Shown in pieces: positions 9,147 through 16,807 of a DNA stretch of 64,000 bases; position 1 is the first letter of the stretch, and each line of letters begins with the position of its first letter. The DNA comes from an uncultured Anaerolineae bacterium (lineage in GTDB: Bacteria; Chloroflexota; Anaerolineae; Aggregatilineales; Ch27). The notes below the pieces were generated by a model that saw only the letters and a program-made list of their open reading frames with translations, did no database searches and was not told the DNA's origin. The stretch is taken from positions 21,794-85,793 of the forward strand of contig CAZGXI010000022.1 in assembly GCA_964529715.1 (NCBI GenBank). The letters are read 5' to 3'. Made by a program: the position numbers and the translations under genes.

Positions 9147-9413
9147 TTAGCGCCGCAACCCCAAACGCTGAAGCAGCGCCTGGTATCCATCGGGGTCGGT
9201 GCGGCTGAGATACTTGAGGTGGCGACGCCGAAGTCCCACCAGTTTGAGCAAGCCGCGCCGCGAATGCTCGTCGTGCTTATGCACCTTCAGATGTTCGGTC
9301 AGCTGGCGGATGCGCTCGGTCAGGATGGCGATCTGCACCTCTGGCGAACCCGTATCGCCTTCATGCCGGGCAAACTCGCGGATGATCGTCTCTTTTTCTG
9401 CTTGCGTGATCAT
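9147..9413 (-). CDS. rpsO: 30S ribosomal protein S15
   Basis: [69 protein letters not shown] is a canonical S15 sequence, in the conserved position upstream of pnp. Confidence 0.95.
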   Translation of the reverse strand: MITQAEKETIIREFARHEGDTGSPEVQIAILTERIRQLTEHLKVHKHDEHSRRGLLKLVGLRRRHLKYLSRTDPDGYQALLQRLGLRR

Positions 9414-9618
9414 ATCTTAACGTCCGTATCCATTCCCGACACCAGACCTGCCGGACGCAGGCAAGCCGGTCTATCAAACGATCGAAAGCATGCAACGGAG
9501 AGATTATATCAGATCACAGGGGAGACTTACAAGGGCCGTTAGCCGCCCGCCGATATTTTCACACAGACCGCCCTAGACATCTTGTGCTATATTGATTGTA
9601 AAGCAGGGAGAGATTGAC

Positions 9619-10092
9619 ATGCTCGCCGACAATGCCGAACTTAAAATCCGTCTGCTTGGCCTGCTAGACGACACCCGCCGGGGAATGTTGGCCGCACTGG
9701 AAAGCGCCTCCTATGACCAGGTGATCTACCCGGAAAGCGGCTGGCGCGTCAAAGATATTTTGGGGCACATTACCTTTTGGGAAGAGGAAGCCGCCCGTTC
9801 ATTGCGCGCCTATGGACAGGGCGAGTCCTATACCCTGCCGGATTATGTCGATCTGGAAACGGCCAACAGCCGGGACATCGAAAAACGCAAGGATTACAGC
9901 GCCGGGCAAATCCGCGCAGACTGGCTTGTCGCTCGTGAAAGCCTGAAGGCCGCCCTGGCGACCCTGTCGCCAGACAAACTGGCCGGGCAAATGGTGTGCC
10001 CCTGGAAGGCGCTCAGCACCGTCGAACGGCTGATCGGCGACATGGCCAATCACGAGCGTGAACATACCGAGGACATCCGCCGGGCCGTCTAG
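9619..10092 (+). CDS. DinB-family (DinB_2-like) four-helix-bundle metalloprotein
   Basis: Start taken at ATG 9619 (SD GGGAGA 7 nt upstream). Spaced His motifs ILGHITFWEEEA ... DMANHEREHTEDI are typical of the DinB superfamily. Confidence 0.6.
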   Translation: MLADNAELKIRLLGLLDDTRRGMLAALESASYDQVIYPESGWRVKDILGHITFWEEEAARSLRAYGQGESYTLPDYVDLETANSRDIEKRKDYSAGQIRADWLVARESLKAALATLSPDKLAGQMVCPWKALSTVERLIGDMANHEREHTEDIRRAV

Positions 10093-11213
10093 CTGGCGTC
10101 CGGGAGAGTGATCCCCAGCCGGCGCTCCAACGTTTCCAGCATAGGGTTGAGCCACACACGCTCAAAGCGGGGCGGCAGCAGATCGTATTCCATTAGTGAC
10201 ATGGTCGCCAGCCGTCGCAGCCAGATGGTCATGAATAACCAGAGCAGGGCGTGATCCCACAGCAGGGCAAAACGCGCGTCATCCCAACCCGGCGCAACGC
10301 GGCAGGCCATCTCCGCGCGGTACAGGGCAATCGCCTCCTCCATAGGCAGGGCCGGGCGCAGAGTCATGCTGGTAGCCTGGACGAAACCTACCAGGTCCAG
10401 AATGGCCGGTCCGATCCCGGCGCGCTGCCAGTCGAAAACGACCTGTCGTCCATCCAGAGGTCGCGCAATGTTGCCAGGCCAGTAATCGCCATGCAGCAGC
10501 GTGAACGTCTCCTCGCGCAGGGGAGCCGCGATGTCGTCGGCGCGCTGGATCAACGAACCAAAGCCAAAGTAATTACGTGGTGTGCTGAGAGCCGGGAGGG
10601 GTTCCTCCTGCACCAGAACCTGCACTGCTTCTGCCGCCGCCATGATGGTTTCCGCATAATCGACCTCGAAAGGCCGCCCCAGCCAGGGAAACGTCATCAG
10701 GTCTTCCCCCAGCCCCCAGAAGCGGTCGTGCATGGCCGCCAGGTTGGTGATCGCTTCGGTGTAGTCCTCCCGCGTCCAGGCATCCGACGGACGCAGCCCG
10801 GTCAGCGCCTCAACGACGATCCAGCCCTGCGACGGATCGCCCGCCACCAGACCAGGCACGAGCAGCGGCAGGTGGGGAGCCAGGCGACGATAGACCCCAT
10901 ATTCACGCTGCCCGACCGCCGCCAGCACCCGCCCTCCCTGGCTGACTGGCGCTTCCTTGAGCACCAGAGGCAGCCGCCGTTCCACCCCGTCGATCTCGAC
11001 GCCAACGGACATGGCGCGCAGCGTGCTCAGCGGATCGGGTGAACCGCCTGGCAGCATATGCGGCAGCGGAATCGGCTGGATGTCCAGCAGGCGCAGATGC
11101 GGTGCAACCAAGTAACGGCGCAGCCCTGCCATCAGGACCGAACGGCTAAACGGCCAAGGATACTCCCCCTGCACCCGGCCTTCGTTCACGACCTGCTGAA
11201 CATCCATCGCCAT
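10089..11213 (-). CDS. Phosphotransferase (APH/choline-kinase-like) family protein
   Basis: Brenner-type motif LLHGDYWPGNI followed by VVFDWQRAGIGPAILDL, the catalytic loop and metal-binding Asp of the aminoglycoside phosphotransferase fold. The start is uncertain. I took ATG 11213 because the upstream part of the track ORF translates the heptamer repeat element. Confidence 0.6.
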   Translation of the reverse strand: MAMDVQQVVNEGRVQGEYPWPFSRSVLMAGLRRYLVAPHLRLLDIQPIPLPHMLPGGSPDPLSTLRAMSVGVEIDGVERRLPLVLKEAPVSQGGRVLAAVGQREYGVYRRLAPHLPLLVPGLVAGDPSQGWIVVEALTGLRPSDAWTREDYTEAITNLAAMHDRFWGLGEDLMTFPWLGRPFEVDYAETIMAAAEAVQVLVQEEPLPALSTPRNYFGFGSLIQRADDIAAPLREETFTLLHGDYWPGNIARPLDGRQVVFDWQRAGIGPAILDLVGFVQATSMTLRPALPMEEAIALYRAEMACRVAPGWDDARFALLWDHALLWLFMTIWLRRLATMSLMEYDLLPPRFERVWLNPMLETLERRLGITLPDAS

Positions 11214-11220
11214 GAACGTT

Positions 11221-11321
11221 CTAAGTTCAAAGAATTGAGTTTTAAGTTCGGCAGTCACACACTCAAAGTACGAACGGCGCAAAAGCGCCTTTGAACTCAG
11301 AACTCAAAACTTTAAACTACT
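11221..11321. repeat. Inverted heptanucleotide tandem-repeat element, copy A
   Basis: Left arm has 4 units: CTAAGTT CAAAGAA TTGAGTT TTAAGTT (11221-11248). A 45-nt spacer follows, containing GGCGC-aaaa-GCGCC. Right arm has 4 units: AACTCAG AACTCAA AACTTTA AACTACT (11294-11321). The arms are mutually complementary. GC is far below the surroundings. Confidence 0.75.
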
Positions 11322-11631
11322 CCCAAGTACGATTATAGTTGACTTTCAACTTATCGAGAATGGCCTCTTGCAGGTCCACACCGCTGATACTGGCAAGCTG
11401 CAAAAGATACAGCGCCACGTCCGCCAATTCCCCGGCCAGGGCCGCCGTATCCGGGGGATCATCCCCCCACTGAAAATGTTCCAGCACTTCCGCCGCCTCA
11501 ATCGTCAACGAAATGGCGATGTTGCGCGGCGACTGCGGGCGGGCAGAGTCGGCGTCGTACCAACCTTTGGCCGTCACAAAGGCGTGCATGGCTTCGGTAA
11601 GCGCACGGAGGGTCATCGGCTCAGTAGGCAT
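11317..11631 (-). CDS. MazG-like nucleotide pyrophosphohydrolase (small all-alpha NTP-PPase)
   Basis: SLTIEAAEVLEHFQW ... LAGELADVALYLLQLASISGVDLQEAILDKLKVNYNR matches the MazG/dCTPase-like EExxE...D pattern. Confidence 0.7.
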   Translation of the reverse strand: MPTEPMTLRALTEAMHAFVTAKGWYDADSARPQSPRNIAISLTIEAAEVLEHFQWGDDPPDTAALAGELADVALYLLQLASISGVDLQEAILDKLKVNYNRTWE

Positions 11632-13099
11632 TGGGGCTGCGCCCTGTCAGCATCTGGATAACTGTGCGAATAAGAATCTTGACATCCAGCCAGAGCGACC
11701 AGTTCTCCACGTAGTACAGATCGTATTTGGTGCGCTCCTGGACCGATGTATCGCCTCGCAGCCCGTTCACCTGCGCCCAGCCGGTCATCCCGGCCTTCAT
11801 CTGGTGACGTTCCATGTAACGCGGAATGTAACTGCGAAACCGTTCCACATAAGCCTGTTGCTCCGGGCGCGGCCCGACCAGGCTCATTTGACCCAGCAGC
11901 ACGTTAATGAGCTGCGGCAGTTCGTCGATGTTGGTGCGGCGTAAAAAGCGGCCCACCTTCGTCACGCGCGGATCGTTCGGCACCGTCCAGCCGGGACCAT
12001 CCTTCTCCGCATCCTGGCGCATCGTGCGGAACTTGATCATGGGGAAAGGACGCCCATCCAGACCCATGCGCGTCTGGCAAAAGAACACCGGTCCGGGCGA
12101 GGAATAACGCACCACCACCGCCAATGCCAGCAGCAGCGGCGACAGAAAAACCAGGCCAAAAGCCGCCCCGGCCAGGTCCATGAGACGCTTGAGGCTGAGA
12201 CGCCAGCCACGCAGCGCCACATCCCGCACGCTGAGCAGCGGCAGACCGCCCAGATCGTCCACCGACAGACCGCCCGCCATATAGGCGAACAGGTCCGGGT
12301 AAACCTTGATGTCCACCTGCCCACGCTGGCACAGGGTGATCAAATTGACCAACTGGCGATGGCTGGTATCCGGCAAGGCGATGATCACATGCCCGATCTG
12401 GAACTCATCGATCAGACGCGGCAGATCGTCATAGGAACCAATCGCCGCCACGCCCAACACATTCCCTCGCCCGCTCTCTGTAACCAGGCCGGTCAAGTTA
12501 AAGCCCAACTGTGGCGACCATTGAATTTTCTGCACAATGGACCGCGCCGGCTCGCCGTCTCCAACAATCAGCACTTCGTCCCGCCCGACACCACGCGCCC
12601 GCAGGCGGTCTGCTATCTGGCGGTGGAACTCACGCCCGACGATCACCAACAACACCGAGAAAGACCACACATAAACCAGCAAGGTGCGGGGATAGTCCGT
12701 CTCAAAGGAGGTGTTCTTAAGAAACACCGCCTGGAAGGCCACCGACAGGAACACCCCCAGCGATACCGCCGCCAGGACGCGGTAGCTCACGTCAAAACGG
12801 CTGACGGCGCGCGGCAGGTGATATAGCCGGGCAAAATACATCGAAAACAGCACCGACACGAGGTGCAAGACGATGGTCGGAAGATAGAACTCCAGCCCCG
12901 GCGGGTCCGGCGGCAGCGGAGCCAGCGGAACCAGCTCGCGCATGGCATGCCCGACCACAAACGCCAGCGCCACCATCAGCGTATCAACTACAAACAGCAA
13001 CAGCGTGAGCAGGTTGCGAATCCGCCGTGCGTGTTTGGTGCTGAGGCTGGCCTGGATTAACTCGCGCGCAACGGGGTCGGTCGCCGGATTTCGGTCCAC
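11621..13099 (-). CDS. Polyprenyl-phosphate glycosyl-1-phosphate transferase (bacterial sugar transferase, WbaP/WcaJ-like)
   Basis: C-terminal catalytic domain PGPVFFCQTRMGLDGRPFPMIKFRTMRQDAE...VGRFLRRTNIDELPQLINVLLGQMSLVGPRPE...GMTGWAQVNG with N-terminal TM helices. Start set to GTG 13099 (SD GGGAGGG 9 nt upstream). The track ORF start at 13321 would overlap the GT2 gene by 265 nt with junk-like sequence. Confidence 0.8.
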   Translation of the reverse strand: MDRNPATDPVARELIQASLSTKHARRIRNLLTLLLFVVDTLMVALAFVVGHAMRELVPLAPLPPDPPGLEFYLPTIVLHLVSVLFSMYFARLYHLPRAVSRFDVSYRVLAAVSLGVFLSVAFQAVFLKNTSFETDYPRTLLVYVWSFSVLLVIVGREFHRQIADRLRARGVGRDEVLIVGDGEPARSIVQKIQWSPQLGFNLTGLVTESGRGNVLGVAAIGSYDDLPRLIDEFQIGHVIIALPDTSHRQLVNLITLCQRGQVDIKVYPDLFAYMAGGLSVDDLGGLPLLSVRDVALRGWRLSLKRLMDLAGAAFGLVFLSPLLLALAVVVRYSSPGPVFFCQTRMGLDGRPFPMIKFRTMRQDAEKDGPGWTVPNDPRVTKVGRFLRRTNIDELPQLINVLLGQMSLVGPRPEQQAYVERFRSYIPRYMERHQMKAGMTGWAQVNGLRGDTSVQERTKYDLYYVENWSLWLDVKILIRTVIQMLTGRSPNAY

Positions 13100-13959
13100 A
13101 GTGGACGCCCTCCCCGCAGCGCCAGCCCTGCCAGGATCAACGTGTGCAGCCACAGGGGAGTTTGGGCGCGGTAGTGCTTGCGATAGAAGATCAACATCGC
13201 CCGATAAAACTCCCACTGGGCGCGGCGACTCTGACGGCTGGCTGCCCGTTTGACGTGCAACACCGTCACCGCCGGGTTGTACCATACGGTCCAGCCGGCC
13301 CTCTTTACCCGGTATGCCCAATCCAGGTCCTCCCCGTACATGAAGAATGTTTCATCCAGCACACCGACCTGCGCAATAGCCTCTCGCCGTACCTGCATAT
13401 ATGCCCCGACGACCGAGTCCACTTCGGTCAACGTGTCAGGATCGAGGTACGTCAGGTTATACCGGCCAAAGCGGCGGCTGCGGGGAAAGAGCTTCGACAG
13501 GCCTGCCATCCGGTAGATGGCGACCTCCGGCGTCGGGAAGCTGCGGCGACAGGCCAGGTCCAGGCTGCCATCCGGCAGAACCAGCTTCGGCCCGGCCATG
13601 CCGATGCGTAGGTCGGTGTCCATAAAGGCCGTCATCGCGCGTAGCGCATCCGGCGGCAATTCGGTATCCGGGTTGAGCAACAGGCCGTAACGCGGCGCAT
13701 CCGGCCCAGCCCCGCGATCCAATCCCAGGGCGCGCAAGCCCAAGTTATTGCCGTAGGGATAACCGCCGTTGACTGCGCTGGCGATCAACATCGCTTGGGG
13801 AAACTCCGCCCGCACCATATCTGCACTGCCGTCGGTCGAAGCATTATCGACCACCACCACCTGCAAGGTCACACCCTGGCTGGCATACACCGATTGCAGA
13901 CAGCGGCGCAGCAGGTCGCGCGTGTTCCAACTGACGATCACGATGCCCAGGTCGGTCAT
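13057..13959 (-). CDS. Family 2 glycosyltransferase
   Basis: IVIVSWNTRDLLRRCLQSVYAS...VVVVDNASTDGSADMV...NGGYPYGNNLG plus FFMYGEDLDWAYR (the DxD/ED motif region) are typical GT2. Confidence 0.8.
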   Translation of the reverse strand: MTDLGIVIVSWNTRDLLRRCLQSVYASQGVTLQVVVVDNASTDGSADMVRAEFPQAMLIASAVNGGYPYGNNLGLRALGLDRGAGPDAPRYGLLLNPDTELPPDALRAMTAFMDTDLRIGMAGPKLVLPDGSLDLACRRSFPTPEVAIYRMAGLSKLFPRSRRFGRYNLTYLDPDTLTEVDSVVGAYMQVRREAIAQVGVLDETFFMYGEDLDWAYRVKRAGWTVWYNPAVTVLHVKRAASRQSRRAQWEFYRAMLIFYRKHYRAQTPLWLHTLILAGLALRGGRPLWTEIRRPTPLRAS

Positions 13960-14067
13960 AGCACCCCGTTCTCCCTAGAGCATATTTTACCACACTCCTA
14001 CAGCGCCCTATCCCGCTTCTTACCTCACGGGAACCGACCACCACGACGCGAGCCGTCTCTCACGTTG

Positions 14068-14095
14068 AACTCAAGACTCCTCACTCAAAACTTAA
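14068..14095. repeat. Half copy (right-arm type only) of the heptanucleotide repeat element, copy B
   Basis: AACTCAA GACTCCT CACTCAA AACTTAA is four 7-nt units of the AACTYRR type. I see no complementary left arm upstream. It overlaps the murE stop codon and last codons (…GRVKF*). Confidence 0.55.
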
Positions 14096-15620
14096 CTCTG
14101 CCGCTCGCCGTCGGCAGCGTCTGCAGCGGCGTGCCGCGCAGGGCAGCTCGCATAGCCTCACGGTCGTCCCAGGGATATTCCACTGTGCCGAAGCACATGC
14201 TTTGCTCGTGCCCCTTGCCGCAGGCAATCACCAGGTCGCCCGGACGGGCCATCTGCACCGCGCGATAAAGCGCCTCGCCCCGATCCGGTACGCGGAAGAA
14301 CGTGTCCCCCTCTACCAATCCCCCCTGACGACAACCTTCGGCCATGGCTTCCAAAATGGAGTCCAACGACTCCGTGCGCGGGTCTTCCGCCGTCAGCACC
14401 GTCACATCGGCCAGTGCCGCCGCAACTTCGGCCATCATGCGGCGCTTGGCCGGGTCGCGCAGACCGGCGCTGCCGAACACGGCGATCACCCGCCCGCCCG
14501 GCCCGGCCAGTTCCCGCGCTGCCCCAAGCGCCTGCCGCAGCGCATGGGGCGTGTGGGCGAAATCGACGTAAGCCAAAAAGGACTGTCCCTCATCGATTCG
14601 CTCCATACGCCCTGGAATCGGCGGCGCATCGGCGATTCCGCGCGCGATAGCCTCCGCCGGGATGCCCAGGCCGATCCCCACCCCGACCGCCGCCAGCAGG
14701 TTCGGGATATTGAATCTGGGCAGCCACGAACACACCTGGAGACTCCCGCCGACGCAGAAACGGACTTCATCCGGCGTGACGACCACATGCTCTGCACGAA
14801 GATCGGCGCGCAGTGAATCGACACTGTATAGGAGATGCTGGTCCGCCGGGATCGCGGCGAAGTAGTCCGCCGAGGGGTCGTCGGCATTGATCACGGCGAT
14901 CTTGCGCTGGCCAGGCTTGCGTGCGGTCTGGCTCAGCTTCCAGAACAGCCGGGCCTTCGCCTCGCGGTAAGCCTCCCAGGTCTTGTGAAAATCCAGGTGT
15001 TCGTGCGTGATGTTGGTGAGCACGGCCACGTCGAAATCCACGCCCTCCAGGCGTCCCTGCGCCAGACCGTGACTGGTCGCTTCCAATACGCAGTGCGTCA
15101 GCCCGGCAGAAACCATCTGCGCCAGGTAGCCCTGCACCTCCGGCGCGCCCGGTGTGGTAACGTGCAGCCCGGTGGACGCTTCCGCATCACCCAACACCGC
15201 TTTGACCGTGCTGATCATCCCGGCGCGCAGGCCCGCCGCCATAAGGATGCGGTGAATCAGCGTGACGGTAGTCGTCTTGCCGTCTGTGCCGGTCACGCCG
15301 ATCACGATCATTTTTCGGGAAGGAAAAGCGTGGTAAGCCGCCGCCAGCAGCCCCAACGCCGCCTTTGCGTCGGGAACGGCAGCGTAGGGCACAGGGCAGT
15401 TTATTGGGGCGGCAGGACGTTCCCCAACCACCGCCGCCGCACCATTGGAGACGGCCAGCGGGATGAGGTCGTGCCCGTCCGTCACCGCGCCGGCCCGCGC
15501 GACGAACACCCCGCCCGGCTGCACATCCTGCGCGCGGTCCGTCACCGGAGACACGATCTCGGCCTCACCTGACGCCACGACCGGGTCGGGAAGATGCGCA
15601 AGCAGTTCGGTAAACCTCAT
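14085..15620 (-). CDS. murE: UDP-N-acetylmuramoyl-L-alanyl-D-glutamate--2,6-diaminopimelate (or other diamino acid) ligase MurE
   Basis: IGVTGTDGKTTT P-loop, TSHGL, NITHEHLDFH and VIAVFGSAGLRDPAKR follow Mur ligase order with a MurE-type N-terminus. Start moved to ATG 15620 (MRFTELLAHL). The amino-acid specificity is not determinable here. Confidence 0.85.
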   Translation of the reverse strand: MRFTELLAHLPDPVVASGEAEIVSPVTDRAQDVQPGGVFVARAGAVTDGHDLIPLAVSNGAAAVVGERPAAPINCPVPYAAVPDAKAALGLLAAAYHAFPSRKMIVIGVTGTDGKTTTVTLIHRILMAAGLRAGMISTVKAVLGDAEASTGLHVTTPGAPEVQGYLAQMVSAGLTHCVLEATSHGLAQGRLEGVDFDVAVLTNITHEHLDFHKTWEAYREAKARLFWKLSQTARKPGQRKIAVINADDPSADYFAAIPADQHLLYSVDSLRADLRAEHVVVTPDEVRFCVGGSLQVCSWLPRFNIPNLLAAVGVGIGLGIPAEAIARGIADAPPIPGRMERIDEGQSFLAYVDFAHTPHALRQALGAARELAGPGGRVIAVFGSAGLRDPAKRRMMAEVAAALADVTVLTAEDPRTESLDSILEAMAEGCRQGGLVEGDTFFRVPDRGEALYRAVQMARPGDLVIACGKGHEQSMCFGTVEYPWDDREAMRAALRGTPLQTLPTASGRVKF

Positions 15621-15707
15621 TCGTGCCCTCACCCCTGGGAAGATAGGGGCACAACTCCTTCTCCCGCGCCCCCACAAACACGGCAAGTATACCCATGCCC
15701 TGCCAAG

Positions 15708-15741
15708 AGCAACAAAAGGGCCGGAGAAATTCCCCCGGCCT
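15708..15741 (-). terminator. Rho-independent terminator after the Fo operon
   Basis: Minus strand GGCCGG-gggaatttct-CCGGCC followed by CTTTTGTTGCTCTT. It lies between the b-delta' stop (15776) and the murE start (15620). Confidence 0.6.
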
Positions 15742-15775
15742 GGATAGGATATCCCTGTGGCAAGACAACGCCGGG

Positions 15776-16486
15776 CTAATTCATCCGCGCGGCCATTTCG
15801 CGCAGGCCCGCCCGCACACTGCCGTCGATCACGCGGTCCCCGGCGCGGACGATGATCCCGCCCAGAATGGTCGGATCCACGCGGAAATGAATCTCCTGTG
15901 CGCCAGTCTGGTCCTTGACAGCACGCTGCTCAGCTTCTGAGAGCGGCAGGGCGCTCGTCACCTCGACGGTGCCGCCCAGGTTACGCGCCCCGGCAGGCGC
16001 ATTGGCGAAGAAATCCGCCACCAGCTTCTGCTGGCGCTTCTCATCCAGCGCCTCACCCAAAAGATGTTGCGCCGCCGCTATTGCCAGCGCCGCCACCTGG
16101 CCGCGCATCTCGGCCAACAGCTGATTGCGCTGTTGTTCGGCGTCGGCGCGCGCCTTAACCTTGATCGCGTCGGCCTCGCGCTGCGCCTCTTCCAAAATGG
16201 ATTTGGCGCTCTCATCGCCGCGACCGCGCGCCTCGTCGGCAAGACGGGCCGCCTCCCGCCGCGCCTGCTCAAGGATGCGCCCCGCTTCGGCTTCGGCTTC
16301 GGCCCGCGCTTTGGCGTTATACTCAGCATCTTCCAGGCTCTTGGCAATCTTCATCGCGCGCTCGTCCAGCCGCCGCATGATCGGTCGCCACGCAAACGCC
16401 GCGAACAGCACGAAAATAATGCCAAAATTCACCAGCTGGGCGATGAGAAACCCGCCGTTGATTCCCAGTGCACCTAATGGGTCCAC
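15776..16486 (-). CDS. atpF: ATP synthase Fo subunit b fused to a delta (OSCP) C-terminal domain
   Basis: Residues 1-165 have one TM helix (FLIAQLVNFGIIFVLFAAFAWRPI) plus a long Ala/Glu/Arg coiled coil ending LVADFF, which is typical of subunit b. Residues 173-236, VEVTSALPLSEAEQRAVKDQ..IHFRVDPTILGGIIVRAGDRVIDGSVRAGLREMA, align with the C-terminal domain of delta (E. coli ...[25 protein letters not shown]). Confidence 0.8.
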   Translation of the reverse strand: MDPLGALGINGGFLIAQLVNFGIIFVLFAAFAWRPIMRRLDERAMKIAKSLEDAEYNAKARAEAEAEAGRILEQARREAARLADEARGRGDESAKSILEEAQREADAIKVKARADAEQQRNQLLAEMRGQVAALAIAAAQHLLGEALDEKRQQKLVADFFANAPAGARNLGGTVEVTSALPLSEAEQRAVKDQTGAQEIHFRVDPTILGGIIVRAGDRVIDGSVRAGLREMAARMN

Positions 16487-16507
16487 AATCAGCCTCCCTC
16501 AGGGCTA

Positions 16508-16807
<300 letters not shown>

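Noticed and set aside
10089-10092. Convergent DinB and APH genes share a CTAG in which both stop codons (TAG/TAG) overlap
   Set aside because: Real but trivial. It is a compact convergent junction with no further structure, and I see no terminator.
13100-13321. Long N-terminal extension of the sugar transferase ORF (265-nt overlap with GT2)
   Set aside because: The GT2 frame looks genuine in this stretch, and the alternative frame is Pro/Gly/Arg-rich. An internal GTG with a good SD gives a normal 43-nt overlap.
15626-15637. Shared 11-mer GGGGTGAGGGC upstream of murE and at the end of the femAB-2 palindrome element, as evidence of a common repeat
   Set aside because: A single short G-rich match that doubles as the murE SD region. 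It is too short to distinguish from chance in a GC-rich genome without a genome-wide count.
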